From Candidatus Moraniibacteriota bacterium (GTDB taxonomy: Bacteria > Patescibacteriota > Minisyncoccia > Moranbacterales > GCA-2747515), in the NCBI GenBank assembly GCA_027031495.1, contig JALVQA010000006.1, positions 81,535 to 145,534 on the forward strand: a stretch of DNA of 64,000 nucleotides, given 5' to 3'. Below are positions 60,454 through 64,000 of this stretch, piece after piece (the first letter of the stretch is position 1; each line of letters opens with the position of its first letter). A model generated the notes under the pieces. The model made no database searches. It saw nothing but the letters and a program-made list of their open reading frames with translations, and was not told the DNA's origin. Both the position numbers and the translations under genes were made by a program.

Positions 60454-63400
60454 GGCGTTTGGCGAACTGTGGTGATTTCAGCATAAAGAGTTTTAGTGTG
60501 GAGAGAATGCCCTTTTCCGTACATGCGACAAGCTCTTCCTCTGTTGCAACTAACTTGAAGTAGTACTTTAGTGCGATGTTTTGTGCAGCTTGTTCGTCGG
60601 CATCGCATGATGCGCCACAGTACTGACAGTGAAATTGCGCTTTTTGTCCACGACCATAATTCTCTTCATTTTCTGTACGCTGTGCCAAATGAATTGCTGC
60701 GAGAATCTCACGAAGTGTATATGTGTCATCACTAAGATTGCAACGTACATGCGCGTCAGTACCATCACTAAATGTTAGATGTAGTGCGTTGTTAGTAACT
60801 ATGATTGACTGATTGTTGTTATTCTCTCTAAAATATCGCTCAACTTCATATGTTGTACAGTATCCACAAGCACGACAGGTTTGCGAGGTTTTTGCCGCAC
60901 CGATGACAGCGCCAATCTGTGCATACTTTACACCCCAGATATGTGCGCGCACCGCAGCATCTGCTTCATTACTCGTACCACTGATAATATCTGCTGTTTT
61001 GAGTGTCTTGTAGAGTTTCGCAATCCGCTGTCCCCCACTCTCAAAGCCGTCCACAGAGTCTTCGTAAATCGGAATCGCATTGTACTTCAGTGCCAACGCG
61101 TGGATTTGATTGCGCACCGTACCGGCGGCCAGTTCGCGGATTTTTGCCAGGTGCGTTGTCGGGCGTGTGAAGAGTCCGGCGCTCTGCGTGTCGCGCCATG
61201 ATGCCGCTTCTGCGCGCATCTGTTCCAAATACGGCACTTCTATGAAACTGCTTTCCACAAACTGTTCTGTGCGCGGATCAAAGACGGCGTAGCCAAAGCC
61301 ATATTCGCCAAGGTCGATGCCCAGGAGCATTTGCTCGCGGCGATACTGTTTTTGATTTTTTCCATCGGCGTTGCGGAGGCAGATATTCGCACCTTCCAGA
61401 CACCGCGTCTCCTCCACAACTTCTCCATGGCGGTCACCATCACCTTTGGCGATGGAAAACGGCAGTGCCCAGTAGAGTGTTTGTTTACCGGGAATGATTT
61501 GCACAGCGCCATCTGTATCACGATGAACGTTTTGAACTTGTTCGTAGATGATTGATCCGCCCTGGATGCTCTCTACCAGTTGCTCCGTGCGATCACCCCA
61601 CAAAAAGCGCTCCAAGAATTGCTTTTGCACGCGGGAGGTTTCCAGTGGGAGGCGGTAGTAGTAATATCCGCCAATCGTCCCGTTAACAGATGCACGCGAA
61701 ACATGTTTTGGCTTAAAAACAGATTTCTTTTGTGATTTTTCAAAGAAAAGTCCGCTATTTACCTGTGACAATCCTTCTATCGGTAGTTTTGTACACAGAA
61801 TCATTGCCCAGCGATGTGGCAATTCACCCAATACACGCGTTAATGCGCGTGCATCGCTTGCTGATGTGGTCTTCAGTCTTTGCCAAATGTGCGTTGCGAT
61901 TTCTTGCGGCTCGCTTGTCGTGTCAATATCCTGTGTGCGCAAGATATTTTGCGCTTCCGTGGAGAGTTGTTTTTGTTGTGCAAAACGCTTCTTGAGGCGC
62001 TTTTGCGCACGCCGGTAGCGCCGGCGTTGCGGTGCAGTCATTTGCCGCAAATCATCATCAGATTTTTCTGTGAAAGACATTTCGCCCCATGACAATGGAA
62101 TGTACTCAAGAATACTTTGCTCACCGTTTGTAACTTGCAAAACGACACGGTCAATATAGGATGTGCGTGACAATAGCGAGAGTTTTCCGCGGATTTCAGT
62201 GCCGATTGCAGCGGCGACAAATCGTTGGAAGTGTGTGCGCGGCATATCATCACTACGCACTGTACCATTTTGCGGATTACTGTACAGCAAATTTGCAAGT
62301 TTTCGTTCACGCAATATACGCCACTGTGGCCGCTCGGATGGTAGATGAATATTTTTTGGCAACCAACGCAACTGCAATCCCCAATATATTTTCAGTAATT
62401 CCCCACCATCAATATTGATTGGTTTTTGTGGTTGGTTGAGATAAAAGAGATCTTTGATTATTCGCTTATCTGTGAGTTGATTTAGTTTAAATGTCACACC
62501 AAAATCATGTAAAAACGTTTTTGGGTCGTATAAAAGATTTTCGCGCAGTGGCATCGGCGTATAGTGAAAGCGATGGTATGGTGTCACAAGAAAACGCAAA
62601 AAACGGCGATCTTTGGTGTGCCACCACTTCTTGAGATCATCACTCTTTTCGTGATTATTTATGGCGTCCCAATCAATATATCGCTCCAAAAATGCCCATA
62701 CCGGTGCGCCGTCACGCATACGCAGAGCGAGATCCTTCAATCGTTCCAGTGTTTTGAGTGCGTGGGCACGACCGTTTTTGCGATATTCTTGACCAAACCA
62801 TTCAGTGCGCAAATGCTCACGATCTTCATTGGATAGTAAGTTACGTTGATGTGCTGTAGTAATGAGATCTTGGCCGGCAAGAACAAGGTCTACTAATTCC
62901 TCTGCCGCATTCTCAATTATTTTTGCCGGATCACGTTGTGCCTGTTTGATAAACCGTGGGTAGCGCTCCAGCGCGCTTGGAATCATGGCTTTCTTCCAAA
63001 ATCCGATAATGTTTTGGTCGGTGTCGCGTGTTGATTCTTTTGCCTCACTTTTTTTCTTTTTCCGATCAACTATTGCATCAAACACATCACCAAAAAGTTC
63101 TTTCTCATCCGTATTGTTATGTATGGGAACACCTTCATTGTTCCACTTTGCTAAAAACTCGCGAAATTCCTGCAACACGTCAGTATAGTCGTCCAAAAGT
63201 TTGCCAAGATTTTTGCTTCGTTTTTGCAACGCTTCAGCAAGACGTGGTTGTAACTCGCGTAATAATTCAAAGTTCATTACTTGTTCTTGCGGAAATAGTC
63301 TTCTGTACGCCGTTTTAGCAATTGTATCAAAGATTGCGCGATGCGTCCTGGCGTTTTTCCGGGTATCACCTTCAGTATTCTCCACAAGATGTGCTTCGTA

Positions 63401-64000
63401 ATCATTGAGGCGGTTTTCAAAGTTGGACAACCATGACTGCAATCGTCCGCCAACAAGTGTACGGTAATCTGCCCAATTTATACGAAGAAATTCCACATCC
63501 TTTGCAACAGGAATTTTAGTAGCATACTCATGAACACGTTCGGCTAAACGTCTCAAATAGTGTGGATTCTGCGCGAAAAATGCCGGGTTTCCACGCGCTA
63601 TAAGAGATGTCGCATCTTCTACCGATGCGCGAAAAGTTTCTAGTGCATCACCCCAAAGATTGCTTAGTGCATTTTGATTATCTGCAACGCCAGCAAGACT
63701 TTGAATTGTTCGCATGCCGCTCGTTTGGTGCATTGCCGGCAACAGATGTTCAAAATAAGCAGTGTAGATATCAATTGGCTGTACGCATCGCGTGGATAAA
63801 AGCTCTTCACTCATTGGGAGAATAATGAACGTGTTTTTATCTTGTTTGACAGCAATGGGATTTGTTATACCGAATATTTTTTGCAACCCCTCGCCATCAA
63901 CAACATTGTGTTTGCGGGCATATGCAACAAATGCATCATTGATCTGTTTGATTATCGGATAGTCTCCTATATTATCTTTCGTAACTCTGTCCTCTGTAAA
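60428..64000 (-). CDS. cas12: Large Cas12-family (type V) effector, N-terminus beyond window (>1190 aa); RuvC-I GIDLGEYGFGYAVFD, RuvC-II IPIYEDSVDGFESG, zinc finger CRACGYC...CQYCGASC, RuvC-III DADEQAAQNIALK
   Basis: Split RuvC in C-terminal third with Zn ribbon between RuvC-II and III (TnpB/Cas12 architecture), no HNH; frame continues open from TTG at 63886 to window end. Confidence 0.8.
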   Translation of the reverse strand, partial: FTEDRVTKDNIGDYPIIKQINDAFVAYARKHNVVDGEGLQKIFGITNPIAVKQDKNTFIILPMSEELLSTRCVQPIDIYTAYFEHLLPAMHQTSGMRTIQSLAGVADNQNALSNLWGDALETFRASVEDATSLIARGNPAFFAQNPHYLRRLAERVHEYATKIPVAKDVEFLRINWADYRTLVGGRLQSWLSNFENRLNDYEAHLVENTEGDTRKNARTHRAIFDTIAKTAYRRLFPQEQVMNFELLRELQPRLAEALQKRSKNLGKLLDDYTDVLQEFREFLAKWNNEGVPIHNNTDEKELFGDVFDAIVDRKKKKSEAKESTRDTDQNIIGFWKKAMIPSALERYPRFIKQAQRDPAKIIENAAEELVDLVLAGQDLITTAHQRNLLSNEDREHLRTEWFGQEYRKNGRAHALKTLERLKDLALRMRDGAPVWAFLERYIDWDAINNHEKSDDLKKWWHTKDRRFLRFLVTPYHRFHYTPMPLRENLLYDPKTFLHDFGVTFKLNQLTDKRIIKDLFYLNQPQKPINIDGGELLKIYWGLQLRWLPKNIHLPSERPQWRILRERKLANLLYSNPQNGTVRSDDMPRTHFQRFVAAAIGTEIRGKLSLLSRTSYIDRVVLQVTNGEQSILEYIPLSWGEMSFTEKSDDDLRQMTAPQRRRYRRAQKRLKKRFAQQKQLSTEAQNILRTQDIDTTSEPQEIATHIWQRLKTTSASDARALTRVLGELPHRWAMILCTKLPIEGLSQVNSGLFFEKSQKKSVFKPKHVSRASVNGTIGGYYYYRLPLETSRVQKQFLERFLWGDRTEQLVESIQGGSIIYEQVQNVHRDTDGAVQIIPGKQTLYWALPFSIAKGDGDRHGEVVEETRCLEGANICLRNADGKNQKQYRREQMLLGIDLGEYGFGYAVFDPRTEQFVESSFIEVPYLEQMRAEAASWRDTQSAGLFTRPTTHLAKIRELAAGTVRNQIHALALKYNAIPIYEDSVDGFESGGQRIAKLYKTLKTADIISGTSNEADAAVRAHIWGVKYAQIGAVIGAAKTSQTCRACGYCTTYEVERYFRENNNNQSIIVTNNALHLTFSDGTDAHVRCNLSDDTYTLREILAAIHLAQRTENEENYGRGQKAQFHCQYCGASCDADEQAAQNIALKYYFKLVATEEELVACTEKGILSTLKLFMLKSPQFAKRHVTESTTD

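Noticed and set aside
60428-63886. Calling the effector Cas9 because RuvC-I (GIDLGEYGFGYAV) looks Cas9-like
   Set aside because: RuvC-I sits ~330 aa from the C-terminus and no HNH domain lies between RuvC-II and RuvC-III. A zinc ribbon precedes RuvC-III, which is Cas12/TnpB architecture.
57576-63886. Calling the locus type V-A (Cas12a) because of the cas12-cas4-cas1-cas2-array order and TTTCTACT in the repeat
   Set aside because: The effector has a CxxC..CxxC zinc finger, which Cas12a lacks. The repeat has no UCUACU-loop-GUAGAU hairpin. An anti-repeat/tracr-like element is present.

Overview
This 64-kb window has three parts. (1) Positions 1-29.5k look like host chromosome from a small-genome bacterium, probably CPR/Patescibacteria (inferred from 16S features, not a database hit). 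Genes here include a partial htrA-like gene, ftsZ, a split comEC, a 16S rRNA gene not followed by 23S and carrying a ~100-nt insertion, three CAT-anticodon and Asp tRNAs plus a tRNA-like fragment, an SPFH protein, a DEAD-box helicase, a CorC/CBS transporter, rplU, glyA, tRNA-Thr, prfB, ftsE/ftsX, tRNA-Gln, and a GT2 + GT4 glycosyltransferase pair. (2) Positions ~30.2-57.4k hold a ~27-kb siphovirus-like prophage with markedly higher GC than its flanks. Every gene but one is on the minus strand: tyrosine integrase, tail fibre/baseplate-like genes, tape measure, major tail, HK97-fold capsid, prohead protease, portal-MuF fusion, TerL/TerS, DUF1064, DnaQ-like exonuclease, a replication wHTH protein, an ERF annealase and an SLT lytic transglycosylase. 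One plus-strand accessory (moron) gene sits inside the tail module. (3) Positions 57.5-64k hold a type V CRISPR-Cas locus: a 9-repeat array (37-nt repeats, 33-35-nt spacers) directly next to the prophage end, then cas2, cas1, cas4 and a large Cas12-family effector that is cut off at the window edge. The effector has C-terminal RuvC-I/II/III motifs and a CxxC..CxxC zinc finger. Between cas2 and the array lies an inverted degenerate repeat copy with an adjacent intrinsic terminator, which I read as a candidate tracrRNA. This unclassified Cas12 + cas4/cas1/cas2 + tracr-like locus is the most interesting element. All calls are by eye from the sequence and the ORF translations; no searches were run.
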